A stretch of 37,842 nt of DNA from NCBI GenBank assembly GCA_964642915.1, contig CAZXPE010000003.1:1-37842 (forward strand), given 5' to 3'. How positions within the stretch are numbered: position 1 is the stretch's first letter; each line of letters opens with the position of its first letter. Positions 25,796-35,069 of this stretch are shown in pieces. A program made the translations under genes and the position numbers. This stretch comes from an uncultured bacterium (GTDB taxonomy: Bacteria; Methylomirabilota; Methylomirabilia; Rokubacteriales; CSP1-6). Below the pieces are notes generated by a model. It did not search any database. It was not told the origin of the DNA and saw only the letters and a list, made by a program, of their open reading frames with translations.

Positions 25796-26323
25796 ATGAA
25801 TATGCCCAGCAAAGCGCCCTGGAGCCAAGCCGCCGTGCGCGATGCGCGTCCTTCTTCGCCGCCCTCCGAGGCGGCGCCCGCTCCGGCGCCGGCGCGGAAG
25901 GCGCCACAGTTGAAAATGGTCGCAGCGGTGGCGGGGATGGCCGTCCTGGCCCTTGCCCTGGTCCTGTTCGTCCTGAAACCGCTCCTTGTGCCCGGCGACG
26001 GCGCGGGGCCGAAAGCGGGCCCGAGCCGGACATTCACCCTCGGGACGGTAGTGGTCAACGTTGCCGAGACCGAGGGGCGGCGCTACCTCAAAGCCTCCGT
26101 GGAGCTTGGAATCAACGGAGGCCTCCATAAGGACCTGGAGACACGCAAGAGCCAGTTCGTTGACCTCCTGATCGCGATACTCTCCTCGAAGCCGCTGGTT
26201 GAGGTCACGTCCACCGAGGGGCGGGAGCGGATCAAGACTGAAATCCTGGACCGGATCAACGCCGAGCTTGGCGGGGGCGCTCGGGTCCAGCGGATTTTCT
26301 TCACCGAGTTCGTGGTTCAGTAA
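25796..26323 (+). CDS. fliL: flagellar basal body-associated protein FliL
   Basis: Single TM; VVNVAETEGRRYLK, EGRERIKTEILDRIN, IFFTEFVVQ. Confidence 0.93.
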   Translation: MNMPSKAPWSQAAVRDARPSSPPSEAAPAPAPARKAPQLKMVAAVAGMAVLALALVLFVLKPLLVPGDGAGPKAGPSRTFTLGTVVVNVAETEGRRYLKASVELGINGGLHKDLETRKSQFVDLLIAILSSKPLVEVTSTEGRERIKTEILDRINAELGGGARVQRIFFTEFVVQ

Positions 26324-27360
26324 TGAGCGAGATCCTGAGCCAGGACGAAATCGACGCGCTTCTGACGGCCGTCCACCGGGGCGACATCCCGATCGGCGCG
26401 GAAATCGCCGGGCAGGCCAGGGAGAAGAACGTCCTTCACTATAACTTCCGCCGCCCGAACCGCGTCGCCAAGGACCAGATCCGCACGCTCCAGATGCTGC
26501 ACGACTCCTTCGGAAAGATCTACGGCTCCTCGCTCTCAGCCCATCTGCGCACTGTGGTCGAAGTCGAGCTCGAGGCCGTGGAGCAGATCACGTACTCCGA
26601 GTTCGTCATGTCCCTCTCCATGCCCTCGTGCATCACGATCTTCAACATGGAGCCCCTCAAGGGCGGGGCGGTCCTGGAAATCAACCCCCACATCATCTTC
26701 ATGATGATCGACCGGCTCCTCGGCGGGATGGGACGATCCTCGGTCCGCGTGCGGGAGTTCACTGAGATAGAGAAGAGCCTGATCGAGCGGGTCGTCCTCA
26801 GGGCGATGGTTGATCTTCAGCAGGCGTGGCAGCACGTGGGCGCGTTTTCGTTCCGCCTCCTCAACATCGAGACGAACCCGCAGTTCGTCCAGATCACGTC
26901 CCCCAACGAGGTGGTGCTCGTCATCACGTTCAACATCCGGATCGGCGAAGTCTCCGGCGTGATGACGCTTTGCTTCCCGTACCTCCTGCTCGAGCCGGTG
27001 ATCCCGAAACTCTCAGCGCAGCGTTGGTTTACCTCGACACAGCGGGAGCAGTCCGTGGAGGCCAGGGGGCACATCCGATCCGAGATCATGAAGACCCGCC
27101 TTACGCTCCGGGCCTTTCTGGGCCAGGTGCCGCTCACCGTCCGAGATCTATTAGCCCTTCGGCCCGGCGACGTCGTCCGGCTCAGCACCGGCCCGGGAGC
27201 GATGGTGCCGGTCGAGGTGGAAGGGGTGACGAAGTTCTCGGCCAGCCCAGGCGTGCTTCGCCGGAAGAAGGCGGTGCAGATCCAGTCGATCACCGAACGA
27301 GGGGAGGTTCCCCATGACCAACACGTCCACGGTCCAACGGCCCGGGTCTATCACCCATAG
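26323..27360 (+). CDS. fliM: flagellar motor switch protein FliM
   Basis: CheY-binding N-peptide MSEILSQDEIDALL, YNFRRP, IDRLLGG, REFTEIE, ETNPQF, SpoA domain. Confidence 0.96.
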   Translation: MSEILSQDEIDALLTAVHRGDIPIGAEIAGQAREKNVLHYNFRRPNRVAKDQIRTLQMLHDSFGKIYGSSLSAHLRTVVEVELEAVEQITYSEFVMSLSMPSCITIFNMEPLKGGAVLEINPHIIFMMIDRLLGGMGRSSVRVREFTEIEKSLIERVVLRAMVDLQQAWQHVGAFSFRLLNIETNPQFVQITSPNEVVLVITFNIRIGEVSGVMTLCFPYLLLEPVIPKLSAQRWFTSTQREQSVEARGHIRSEIMKTRLTLRAFLGQVPLTVRDLLALRPGDVVRLSTGPGAMVPVEVEGVTKFSASPGVLRRKKAVQIQSITERGEVPHDQHVHGPTARVYHP

Positions 27361-28273
27361 CGGGGGTGAGGCGCTCCCCGAATCGACGGTGAGCGGAGGC
27401 CTCATGGCCTACGCCACGTCCCTGTTTGAGGGCGGGGCGGCGGGGCTCTCGACGCTCCTGAACCGGCAGATAGGACTCGACCCCATCCGGGTCGATGAGG
27501 TGGATCTGGGTTCCCTCTCTGAGAGGGTCCCGCTCCCGTGGGCGCTCGTGGAAGTGCGGTTCGTCCGCGGGTTCTCCGGCCACCACTGGCTCCTGTTCAG
27601 GCAGCAGGAGGCGATGACATTTGGCCAGCTCATGCTGGGTGAGGAGTTCTCCGCATTCAGCGATTTCACCTCGATCCACGAGGACGCGGTGCGCGAGGCG
27701 GTGAACCAGATGATGGGGTCAGCCGCCGCGGCCGTGAAGGTGTTCTGCGGCAGGCCGGTCTCGTTCAGCCAGTCGGAGCTGAGAAGGATTGATGAGCCTG
27801 AAGACTGGCAGCGGCAGCTCAAGGGAGTTCCATCCAGCCAGTGGCTTCTCGAGGGACACCTGACGGTGGACGGCGAGTCGGCCGCCCGCGCGTTCCTGAT
27901 CGTGGCTCCGGCTCTGGCCCAGGAGATCACCGGCCTGGCGCCTGGGGCTGCCGCTCCGTCCGATTCTCCCGGCGAAGTCTTCCCAAGCCTCAAGGAGAGG
28001 GAAGGCGGCTCGCCGGCCAGCATCGACATGATTCTTGACATCACCCTTCCGGTGACCGTCGAGCTGGGGCGCACGCGCATGTTGATCCGGGACATCCTGA
28101 ACCTCGCGCCGGGCTCGGTTCTTGAGCTCGACAAGCTGGCCGGCGAGCCTGTGGATCTCCTGGTCAACGACAAGCCCATCGCGAAGGGGGAGGTGGTGGT
28201 CATCGACGAGAACTTCGGGGTTCGTCTGACCAACATCGTCAACACCGCGGATCGGATAAAAAACCTCCGATGA
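27314..28273 (+). CDS. fliY: FliY-type switch protein (CheC-like domain + FliN domain)
   Basis: C-terminal FliN (ILDITLPVTVELGRT, LDKLAGEPVD, GEVVVIDENFGVR) preceded by a CheC-like domain containing DAVREAVNQMMGSAA. Confidence 0.85.
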   Translation: MTNTSTVQRPGSITHSGGEALPESTVSGGLMAYATSLFEGGAAGLSTLLNRQIGLDPIRVDEVDLGSLSERVPLPWALVEVRFVRGFSGHHWLLFRQQEAMTFGQLMLGEEFSAFSDFTSIHEDAVREAVNQMMGSAAAAVKVFCGRPVSFSQSELRRIDEPEDWQRQLKGVPSSQWLLEGHLTVDGESAARAFLIVAPALAQEITGLAPGAAAPSDSPGEVFPSLKEREGGSPASIDMILDITLPVTVELGRTRMLIRDILNLAPGSVLELDKLAGEPVDLLVNDKPIAKGEVVVIDENFGVRLTNIVNTADRIKNLR

Positions 28274-28893
28274 TCCGCTCACTTCGCATTCCGCGCCCCG
28301 CATTCCGCATTTATCCGGCGCTCCTGCTCCTGCTTGTGGTCACGGCGGCGGGGGCGGCTCAGCCCGAATCAACGGGGCCATCCGGCTCCCGGCCTGAGTA
28401 CCTGGCCTACCAGCCGCCCCAGAGCGGCGGTGAGTCGGCGGGGTGGATCGCGGCGCGGCTCTTCTCTTCTCTGCTTCTCGTCGGCGGTCTCCTGGCAGGA
28501 GGGCTGTTCGTCTATCGGCGATGGATGGGGCGCGGCGCCATCGGGCAAAGGGCGGACCTCATCAGGGTGGTGTCGCGGAGTTACATCGGGCCCAAGGAGT
28601 CGCTATGTCTGGTGCGGGTGGGGAAAGAGCACCTCCTGGTAGGGGTGACGGGGAGCCAGATCTCTTTTCTCCACAGGTGGGAGGGAGCGGTTCCAATCGA
28701 GCCATCCGTCCAGGAAGGGTGGGGGGGCGGAGGCCGCGGCGGCGATGGAGGCGGGGTTTCCCGCCAGTTCGAGGCGAGCGCGAGCCGCTTGCGCCTGACC
28801 GGTCTCGAGTCATCAATCCGCGGCCACATTATGTCGCTCAAGGGGCACCTGGCTTCTCTCGGCCGCTCCTCCAAAGGGACCCGCGATGCGTAG
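28270..28893 (+). CDS. fliO: flagellar biosynthesis protein FliO/FliZ
   Basis: TM followed by [30 protein letters not shown]; lies between fliY and fliP. Confidence 0.88.
   Translation: MIRSLRIPRPAFRIYPALLLLLVVTAAGAAQPESTGPSGSRPEYLAYQPPQSGGESAGWIAARLFSSLLLVGGLLAGGLFVYRRWMGRGAIGQRADLIRVVSRSYIGPKESLCLVRVGKEHLLVGVTGSQISFLHRWEGAVPIEPSVQEGWGGGGRGGDGGGVSRQFEASASRLRLTGLESSIRGHIMSLKGHLASLGRSSKGTRDA
28281..28311 (+). repeat. 7-bp tandem array (ATTCCGC family) at the fliO 5' end
   Basis: ACTTCGC ATTCCGC GCCCCGC ATTCCGC ATT, translated as [10 protein letters not shown]. Confidence 0.82.
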
Positions 28894-29644
28894 CCGCGGC
28901 ATGGTTCTAGTTGTCCTGGGCTTGGCGGCCATTCTGCTCGCCGCGGCGTCACCCGCCCTCGCCCAGGTGCCGTTCCCGCGAATCACCGTGAGCGCAGGCC
29001 CTGCCAAGGACCCCCAGGAGATGGCCCTGGCTATCCAGATACTCCTTCTCCTCACGGTCCTTACCCTGGCGCCGGCTATCTTGATAATGCTGACGTCGTT
29101 TACCCGGGTGATCGTCGTTCTCTCATTTCTCCGCCACGCCATCGGGACCCAGCAGATGCCTCCCAACCAGGTGATGATCGGGCTGGCCCTTTTTCTCACC
29201 GCCTTCATCATGGCGCCGGTGGGCGAAGAGGTGAACAGGACAGCTCTCCAGCCGTACATGTCACGGAAGATCAGCCAGGAGGAGGCGTTCAACCGCGCCC
29301 TGATCCCGGTGCGCGGGTTCATGCTGCGCCAGACGCGAGAATCTGACCTGGCGCTGATGGTCCACCTGGCGAAGATCGAGCGGCCCAAGAGCCCGGAAGG
29401 AGTGCCGACATACGCGCTGATCCCGGCCTTCGCAGTCTCGGAGCTGAGGACCGCGTTCCAGCTCGGGTTTGTGCTCTTCATCCCGTTCCTGATTATCGAC
29501 ATGGTGGTGGCGTCGGTGCTCATGTCCATGGGGATGCTCATGCTCCCCCCGGTCATGATCTCACTGCCATTCAAGATCCTTCTGTTCGTTTTAGCCGACG
29601 GGTGGCACCTCATCGCCAGGTCGCTGGTGATGGGCTTCCGTTAG
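28886..29644 (+). CDS. fliP: flagellar export gate protein FliP
   Basis: [57 protein letters not shown]. Confidence 0.97.
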   Translation: MRSRGMVLVVLGLAAILLAAASPALAQVPFPRITVSAGPAKDPQEMALAIQILLLLTVLTLAPAILIMLTSFTRVIVVLSFLRHAIGTQQMPPNQVMIGLALFLTAFIMAPVGEEVNRTALQPYMSRKISQEEAFNRALIPVRGFMLRQTRESDLALMVHLAKIERPKSPEGVPTYALIPAFAVSELRTAFQLGFVLFIPFLIIDMVVASVLMSMGMLMLPPVMISLPFKILLFVLADGWHLIARSLVMGFR

Positions 29645-29661
29645 ATCGGAGGGCAGCGCAG

Positions 29662-29931
29662 ATGAATCCGCAGATCGTTCTGGACCTGGGCCGTGAAGCG
29701 ATGCTGATGGTCCTGATGACATCGGGGCCGATCCTGGCGGCAAGCCTTCTGGTCGGACTCTTGATCTCGATCTTCCAGGCTGTGACCCAGGTGCACGAGA
29801 TGACACTCACATTCGTGCCGAAGATACTGGCGGTCTTCCTGACGCTGGTCATCTTCGCTCCATGGATGCTTCGCTTGATGGTGGGCTTTACCGGGACGAT
29901 ATTCTCCAACCTCCCGCTCTACGCGAGGTGA
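29662..29931 (+). CDS. fliQ: flagellar export gate protein FliQ
   Basis: GLLISIFQAVTQVHEMTLTFVPKI; ATG 29662 after GGAGGG. Confidence 0.96.
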   Translation: MNPQIVLDLGREAMLMVLMTSGPILAASLLVGLLISIFQAVTQVHEMTLTFVPKILAVFLTLVIFAPWMLRLMVGFTGTIFSNLPLYAR

Positions 29932-29938
29932 TCCGGGC

Positions 29939-30727
29939 GTGGACCTGTATCCAATCACGTTGAGGGACGCCCAGCTCTTCTTCCTGACTTTCATCCGGTC
30001 CGGCGGGGTGCTCTTCTTCGCCCCGCTCCTCGATCACAGGAGCCTTCCCGTTCGCTTCCGCCTCGGGCTCGGCTTCTTCCTGGCCCTGATCTTCTTCCCG
30101 ATCCTGCGAGCGGAGTCGTTCGTCCCGCTCCAGGACCCGGTCCACTTTGCCCTGATGGTGATCCTGGAGCTTCTCGTCGGGCTTTCGATCGGCCTCACGG
30201 CGCTCCTGACCTTCGCGGGGATCAAGTTCGGAGCCGAGACGGCAGCGTTCGCGATGGGATTCGGCATCGTCAGCGTCTTCGATCCCCAGTCGGGCGGGCA
30301 GTCATCCGTCTTTACCCAGTTCTTCGACATCCTCACCCTCCTCTTTTTCCTCTCTCTGAACGGCCACCACTGGTTCCTTCAAGCTCTGGGAGAGAGCTTC
30401 CGCCTGCTCCCGCCGCTCGGGATCTGGCCCTCGCCCGCTCTGGCCGATCTCCTGCTCGCTTCAGCGGCCCGGTTCTTCCTGATCGGTCTCCAGCTCGCGG
30501 CCCCGGTGCTGGCCGCCATCTTTCTGGCCTACGTGACCCTGGCGCTGCTGGCCCGCGCCGCTCCCCAGATGAACGCGTTCACCGCGAGCTTTTCAGTGAC
30601 CATTCCTCTCGGGTTCCTCGCTCTGGTCGCCGCCCTTCCCCTGATGGGCGTGACGATCCAGGCGGTCTTCGAGCAGATGGCGCGGGACCTCTCGCTGGTG
30701 GTCAGGAGCCTCTCCCGTGCCCTTTGA
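29939..30727 (+). CDS. fliR: flagellar export gate protein FliR
   Basis: MGFGIVSVFDP, LNGHHWFLQALGESF, LLARAAPQMN; multi-TM. Confidence 0.94.
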   Translation: MDLYPITLRDAQLFFLTFIRSGGVLFFAPLLDHRSLPVRFRLGLGFFLALIFFPILRAESFVPLQDPVHFALMVILELLVGLSIGLTALLTFAGIKFGAETAAFAMGFGIVSVFDPQSGGQSSVFTQFFDILTLLFFLSLNGHHWFLQALGESFRLLPPLGIWPSPALADLLLASAARFFLIGLQLAAPVLAAIFLAYVTLALLARAAPQMNAFTASFSVTIPLGFLALVAALPLMGVTIQAVFEQMARDLSLVVRSLSRAL

Positions 30728-31784
30728 CGACCGCGAGCGCACTGAAGCCCCAACAGCGCGCCGGCGCCAGGAAGCCCGGAGAAAAGGGCAGGTGGCGCGC
30801 AGCCAGGAGATCAACTCCGCGGTGATACTCCTGGCGTCGGTCGGCCTCTTTTATTTCCTCGGCGGCCCGTTCACCGGCCAGTTGATGAGCCTTCTCCGGA
30901 GCGGTCTGGCTTCTCTGCCGGCCGCTGAGCTGACGCAGGAAAACACCTACACGCTGCTCGTGGGGTGGGGGTGGCGCTTTCTGATCCTCATGGCGCCGTT
31001 TTTCTTCGGGCTCATGGTGGCGGGCGTGGCGGCCAATGCGCTTCAGGTCGGGTTCGTGATGAGCGAGGAAGCTCTCGCCCCGAAGTGGGAGCGGCTGAAC
31101 CCTGTCCGCGGGCTCGGCAATCTCCTGGGCCGCCGCGGCCTGGTGGAGATCGTCAAGTCTCCCCTGAAGCTCTTCCTGATCGGCGTGGTGGCCTACTTCA
31201 CGATCGCCCAGCGCGCCGAGGATCTCCTGCGCGTGGGGGGGATGCCGCCGGTCAGGGCCGTTTCTATCGTCTGGGAGGCCGCCTTCGCGCTCCTGGTCAG
31301 GGTTGCGATGTCGGTCTGCGTCCTCGGGCTCCTCGATTACCTCTATCAGCGGTGGGAACACGAGCGGTCGCTCCGCATGACGAAGGAGGAGGTCAAGGAC
31401 GAGCTTCGCCAATCGGAGGGCGACCCGCTGGTCAGGGCGCGGATCAGGAGCCTCCAGAAGCAGGCGGCTATGCGGCGGATGATGGCCGCAGTCCCGAAGG
31501 CCGACGTCGTGCTGACGAACCCGGTCCATCTGGCCGTGGCCCTCCGCTACGACGAGCGCGCCATGCGCGCCCCCAAGGTGGTGGCAAAGGGGCCGCGTCT
31601 CGTCGCCGAGCGGATCGTGGAGGCGGCGCGGCGGCACGGAGTTCCGATAGTCGAGAACAAGCCGCTGGCCCGCTCGCTCTACAAGCTCGTGGCAGTGGGT
31701 CAGGAGATCCCCGCGGCCCTCTACCGAGCGGTGGCGGAGATCCTGGCGTACGTTTATGCCCTCTCCGGGCGTCGGAGGCAATAA
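30717..31784 (+). CDS. flhB: flagellar export protein FlhB
   Basis: RTEAPTARR...ARRKGQV.RSQE, LRMTKEEVKDE.RQSEGDP, autocleavage loop TNPVH, APKVVAKG, LARSLY. Confidence 0.96.
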   Translation: MPFDDRERTEAPTARRRQEARRKGQVARSQEINSAVILLASVGLFYFLGGPFTGQLMSLLRSGLASLPAAELTQENTYTLLVGWGWRFLILMAPFFFGLMVAGVAANALQVGFVMSEEALAPKWERLNPVRGLGNLLGRRGLVEIVKSPLKLFLIGVVAYFTIAQRAEDLLRVGGMPPVRAVSIVWEAAFALLVRVAMSVCVLGLLDYLYQRWEHERSLRMTKEEVKDELRQSEGDPLVRARIRSLQKQAAMRRMMAAVPKADVVLTNPVHLAVALRYDERAMRAPKVVAKGPRLVAERIVEAARRHGVPIVENKPLARSLYKLVAVGQEIPAALYRAVAEILAYVYALSGRRRQ

Positions 31785-31785
31785 T

Positions 31786-33900
31786 ATGAGCCAGACCCGA
31801 ACCGCCGGCGCGATCTTTCGAAGGCTTCCCGGTTCCGATTTTGCCCTTGCGACGGGGATCATCGGGATCCTGACCGTGATGATCATCCCGCTGCCGGCGG
31901 CGCTTCTGGACCTTCTGCTCACGTTCAGCATCACTTTCTCGCTCCTGATCCTCCTGGTCACGATGTTCATCCTGCGCCCGATCGAATTCTCTGTTTTTCC
32001 GTCGCTGCTCCTGGTGGTCACGCTCTTCAGGCTCTCGCTGAACGTGGCCTCCACGCGCCTCATCCTGCTCAACGGCGCCGAGGGGACGGAGGCGGCGGGA
32101 CGCGTGATCCAGGCGTTCGGCCAGTTCGTGGTCGGGGGGAACTATGTGGTTGGTCTCGTCATCTTCCTGATCCTCGTGGTGATCCAGTTCGTCGTGATCA
32201 CCAAGGGCGCCGGCCGCATTGCGGAAGTCGCCGCGCGCTTCACCCTGGACGCCATGCCGGGAAAGCAGATGGCCATAGACGCCGACCTGAACGCCGGGCT
32301 CATCACCGACCAGGAAGCGCGTCGCCGCCGGGCCGAGATCTCGCGCGAGGCTGATTTCTACGGCGCCATGGACGGGGCGTCGAAGTTCGTCCGCGGCGAC
32401 GCCGTAGCCGGACTCCTCATCACAGCCATCAATATCTTAGGCGGGTTCGCGGTGGGTGTTTTTCAGCAGGGAATGGGCGTGATAGAGGCGCTCAAGACAT
32501 ACACGATCCTCACTATCGGCGACGGCCTCGTGACCCAGGTCCCCGCCCTGATCGTCTCGACGGCAGCCGGCCTCGTGGTGACGAGGGCCGCATCGGAGTC
32601 TGAGCTTCACCGGGACCTGATGGGGCAGATGACGCGCCACCCGCGAGCGCTCACGATCGCAGCGGTCGTGCTCGCGGTCCTGGGGCTGGCTCCGGGGATG
32701 CCGTTTCTTCCCTTCTTCATCCTGGCCGGGCTGGTCGGGACCGGAGCGTATTTTCTGGACAGGAAGAAAGCCGTCAAGGCCGGCGAGTCGAAGAGGGAAA
32801 CCTCCCCTCCGCCGCCAGAAAAAGTGGAGAGCCTTCTTCCCCTCGACCCGCTGGAGATCGAGGTCGGCTACGGGCTTGTCCCGCTGGTGGATCCGAACAA
32901 GGGCGGCGATCTCCTGGAGCGCATCAGGATGATCCGCCGCCAGTTCGTCCTGGACCTGGGCTTCGTCGTTCCCCCGATCCGCATCCGTGACAACCTCACG
33001 CTGCGCGCCAACCAGTACGCGGTCAAGCTGAAGGGGCATCAGGCGGCGGCGGGCGAAGTGTACCCTGACCGGTTCCTCGCGATGAACCCCGGCACAGTCC
33101 AGGGAGATCTGGAGGGTATCGAGACCCGCGAACCCACCTTCGGGCTTCCGGCCGTGTGGATCTCAACCCGTCAGAAGGAACGGGCCCAGGCCGCGGGGTT
33201 CACGGTCGTTGATCCGGCGACAGTCGTGGCCACCCATCTTTCGGAAATCGTCCGCCGCCACGCGCGCGACCTTCTGGGCAGACAGGACGCCCAGGCTCTT
33301 CTGGACCAAATCAAGTCGAGCCATCCGGCAGTCGTGGAGGGGCTCGTGCCGGCCCTTCTCCCCCTCGGGGTCGTCCACAAGGTGCTCCAGAACCTCCTCA
33401 CCGAGGGAGTCTCTATCCGCGACCTCACAACCGTGCTCGAAACGCTGGCCGACTACGCTCCGATGACAAAGGACGCGACGGCTCTGACCGAGTCGGTAAG
33501 GGCGGCGCTTGCCGCCGTGATCACCAGACCGTATCTGAGCGCCGACGGCGGCCTCAGGGCCTTTGTTCTCTCGCCATCCGCCGAGCGGCAGATGATAGAG
33601 CAGCTCAGGGAGGGCGAGGGGGCTCTGCCGCTGGACCCGCGCTCGGTTCAGCGGCTGGTGGACGGGATGGCCCGCTCCATAGAAAGATCGCACCCGCTGG
33701 AGGCCAAGCCGGTCCTCCTGGTTGCGCCGGCGATCAGGTGGCAGATCAGACGGCTTCTGGAGAGACCGTTCCCGCAGTTGGCCGTGATCTCGTACCAGGA
33801 GATTCCGCCGCACCTGACGGTGCACACCATCGCGGCGGTCGAGATGGGTGAGGAAGACGCCGCGCTTGCCGAGCGGGCTCCAGCGGGGGTCGCCGGTTAG
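31786..33900 (+). CDS. flhA: flagellar export protein FlhA
   Basis: FSVFPSLLL, RIAEVAARFTLDAMPGKQMAIDADL, FYGAMDGASKFVRGD, GDGLVTQVP; ATG 31786 after GGAGG. Confidence 0.97.
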   Translation: MSQTRTAGAIFRRLPGSDFALATGIIGILTVMIIPLPAALLDLLLTFSITFSLLILLVTMFILRPIEFSVFPSLLLVVTLFRLSLNVASTRLILLNGAEGTEAAGRVIQAFGQFVVGGNYVVGLVIFLILVVIQFVVITKGAGRIAEVAARFTLDAMPGKQMAIDADLNAGLITDQEARRRRAEISREADFYGAMDGASKFVRGDAVAGLLITAINILGGFAVGVFQQGMGVIEALKTYTILTIGDGLVTQVPALIVSTAAGLVVTRAASESELHRDLMGQMTRHPRALTIAAVVLAVLGLAPGMPFLPFFILAGLVGTGAYFLDRKKAVKAGESKRETSPPPPEKVESLLPLDPLEIEVGYGLVPLVDPNKGGDLLERIRMIRRQFVLDLGFVVPPIRIRDNLTLRANQYAVKLKGHQAAAGEVYPDRFLAMNPGTVQGDLEGIETREPTFGLPAVWISTRQKERAQAAGFTVVDPATVVATHLSEIVRRHARDLLGRQDAQALLDQIKSSHPAVVEGLVPALLPLGVVHKVLQNLLTEGVSIRDLTTVLETLADYAPMTKDATALTESVRAALAAVITRPYLSADGGLRAFVLSPSAERQMIEQLREGEGALPLDPRSVQRLVDGMARSIERSHPLEAKPVLLVAPAIRWQIRRLLERPFPQLAVISYQEIPPHLTVHTIAAVEMGEEDAALAERAPAGVAG

Positions 33901-33917
33901 AGGCCGGAGGGGACGCC

Positions 33918-35069
33918 GTGCACATCAAGCGTTTCGAAGGGGAGGACCTGGGCGAGGTGATGCGGCGCGTCAAGGAAGAGCTGGGCCGGGAAGCGGTCGT
34001 GCTCCACACCAAGCCGTTTCGCCGCGAGGGGATCCGGGGTCTCCTCAGACGTCAGGGCGTCGAGGTGCTCGCCGCCGTCGATCGTGACTCGGGGGATCCG
34101 AAATGCGGAGCGCAAAATGCGGAGCGCGAAATTCCGCATTCCGCATTCCCCATTCCGCATCCCCGATCCCAGAATCCCGATCTTTCGGCTGAGCTGGCGA
34201 GGATCAAGGAGATGCTGGAACGTCTCCTATCGCGCAGGCGCTTCGGCGCGGCCGGCAACCTCGAGGCCCCGTTCAGCGACCTCTACGAGGATCTCCTGCA
34301 GCGGGATGTTCTCGAGCCGCTTGCGTACGAGGCTGTCGCCGACTTGCGGGGATCTCACTCCGGCCTGAATCCTTCCTATGGGGAGCTTCAGGTAGCGGTC
34401 GGCGGCCGCCTCGGCGGGATGATGAGGAGCGTTGACCGGGCCGCGGGGCTGTTGAGCGGATCGGTGGTTGCGCTTGTGGGGCCCACAGGAGTCGGGAAGA
34501 CCACGACTCTGGCGAAGCTGGCGGCCCATCACAGGGTGGCCGCCGGAAGGAGCGTGGCGATTGTCTCGATCGACACCTACCGGATCGCGGCGATAGAGCA
34601 GCTCAAGAGATACGCAGACATCATCGGGGTCCCGTGCGAGGCGGCGTTGACCCCCGCCGACCTCGGCCGCGCCCTGGAGCGCTACCGTGACGCTGACTTC
34701 ATCTTCCTCGACACGACCGGCAGGAGCCCGCGGGACGGCCTCGGCATCGGGGAGATCAGGTCCTTCCTCTCCGTCGCCCGCAGGGAGCTTCTCTCCGCTG
34801 TAAGACCGATGGAGACTCACCTGGTGCTTTCCGTCACAGCCAAGGGGGACGACCTCCTCGAAACGGCGCGCCGCTTTGCTCCCCTTGAGCCGGACCGGCT
34901 GACCTTCACCAAAATCGACGAGACTCAGAGCTACGGCCATCTTCTCAACGTGAGCGTCCTCGCTGACCTTCCGGTGGCGTACCTCACCACCGGCCAGGAG
35001 GTGCCTGACGACATCGAGGAGGCCGGCCCGGAGAGGATCGCCCAGCTCGTCGTCTTCGGGGGCGCGTGA
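33918..35069 (+). CDS. flhF: SRP-family GTPase FlhF
   Basis: VKEELGREAVVL, GPTGVGKTTTLAKLAA, DTYRIAAIEQL, DTTGRS, TKIDE, GQEVPDDI. Confidence 0.95.
   Translation: MHIKRFEGEDLGEVMRRVKEELGREAVVLHTKPFRREGIRGLLRRQGVEVLAAVDRDSGDPKCGAQNAEREIPHSAFPIPHPRSQNPDLSAELARIKEMLERLLSRRRFGAAGNLEAPFSDLYEDLLQRDVLEPLAYEAVADLRGSHSGLNPSYGELQVAVGGRLGGMMRSVDRAAGLLSGSVVALVGPTGVGKTTTLAKLAAHHRVAAGRSVAIVSIDTYRIAAIEQLKRYADIIGVPCEAALTPADLGRALERYRDADFIFLDTTGRSPRDGLGIGEIRSFLSVARRELLSAVRPMETHLVLSVTAKGDDLLETARRFAPLEPDRLTFTKIDETQSYGHLLNVSVLADLPVAYLTTGQEVPDDIEEAGPERIAQLVVFGGA
34087..34182. repeat. inverted pair of 7-bp tandem arrays in the flhF B-domain
   Basis: ACTCGGG GGATCCG AAATGCG GAGCGCA AAATGCG GAGCGCG AA, then ATTCCGC ATTCCGC ATTCCCC ATTCCGC ATCCCCG ATCCCAG AATCCCG; translated as DSGDPKCGAQNAEREIPHSAFPIPHPRSQNPD. 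Confidence 0.9.

Noticed and set aside
10194-34182. Heptamer arrays as a CRISPR array or DGR template/variable repeats
   Set aside because: There are no spacers, no 25-40 nt repeats, no long repeat pair differing at adenines, and no cas or reverse transcriptase gene in the window.
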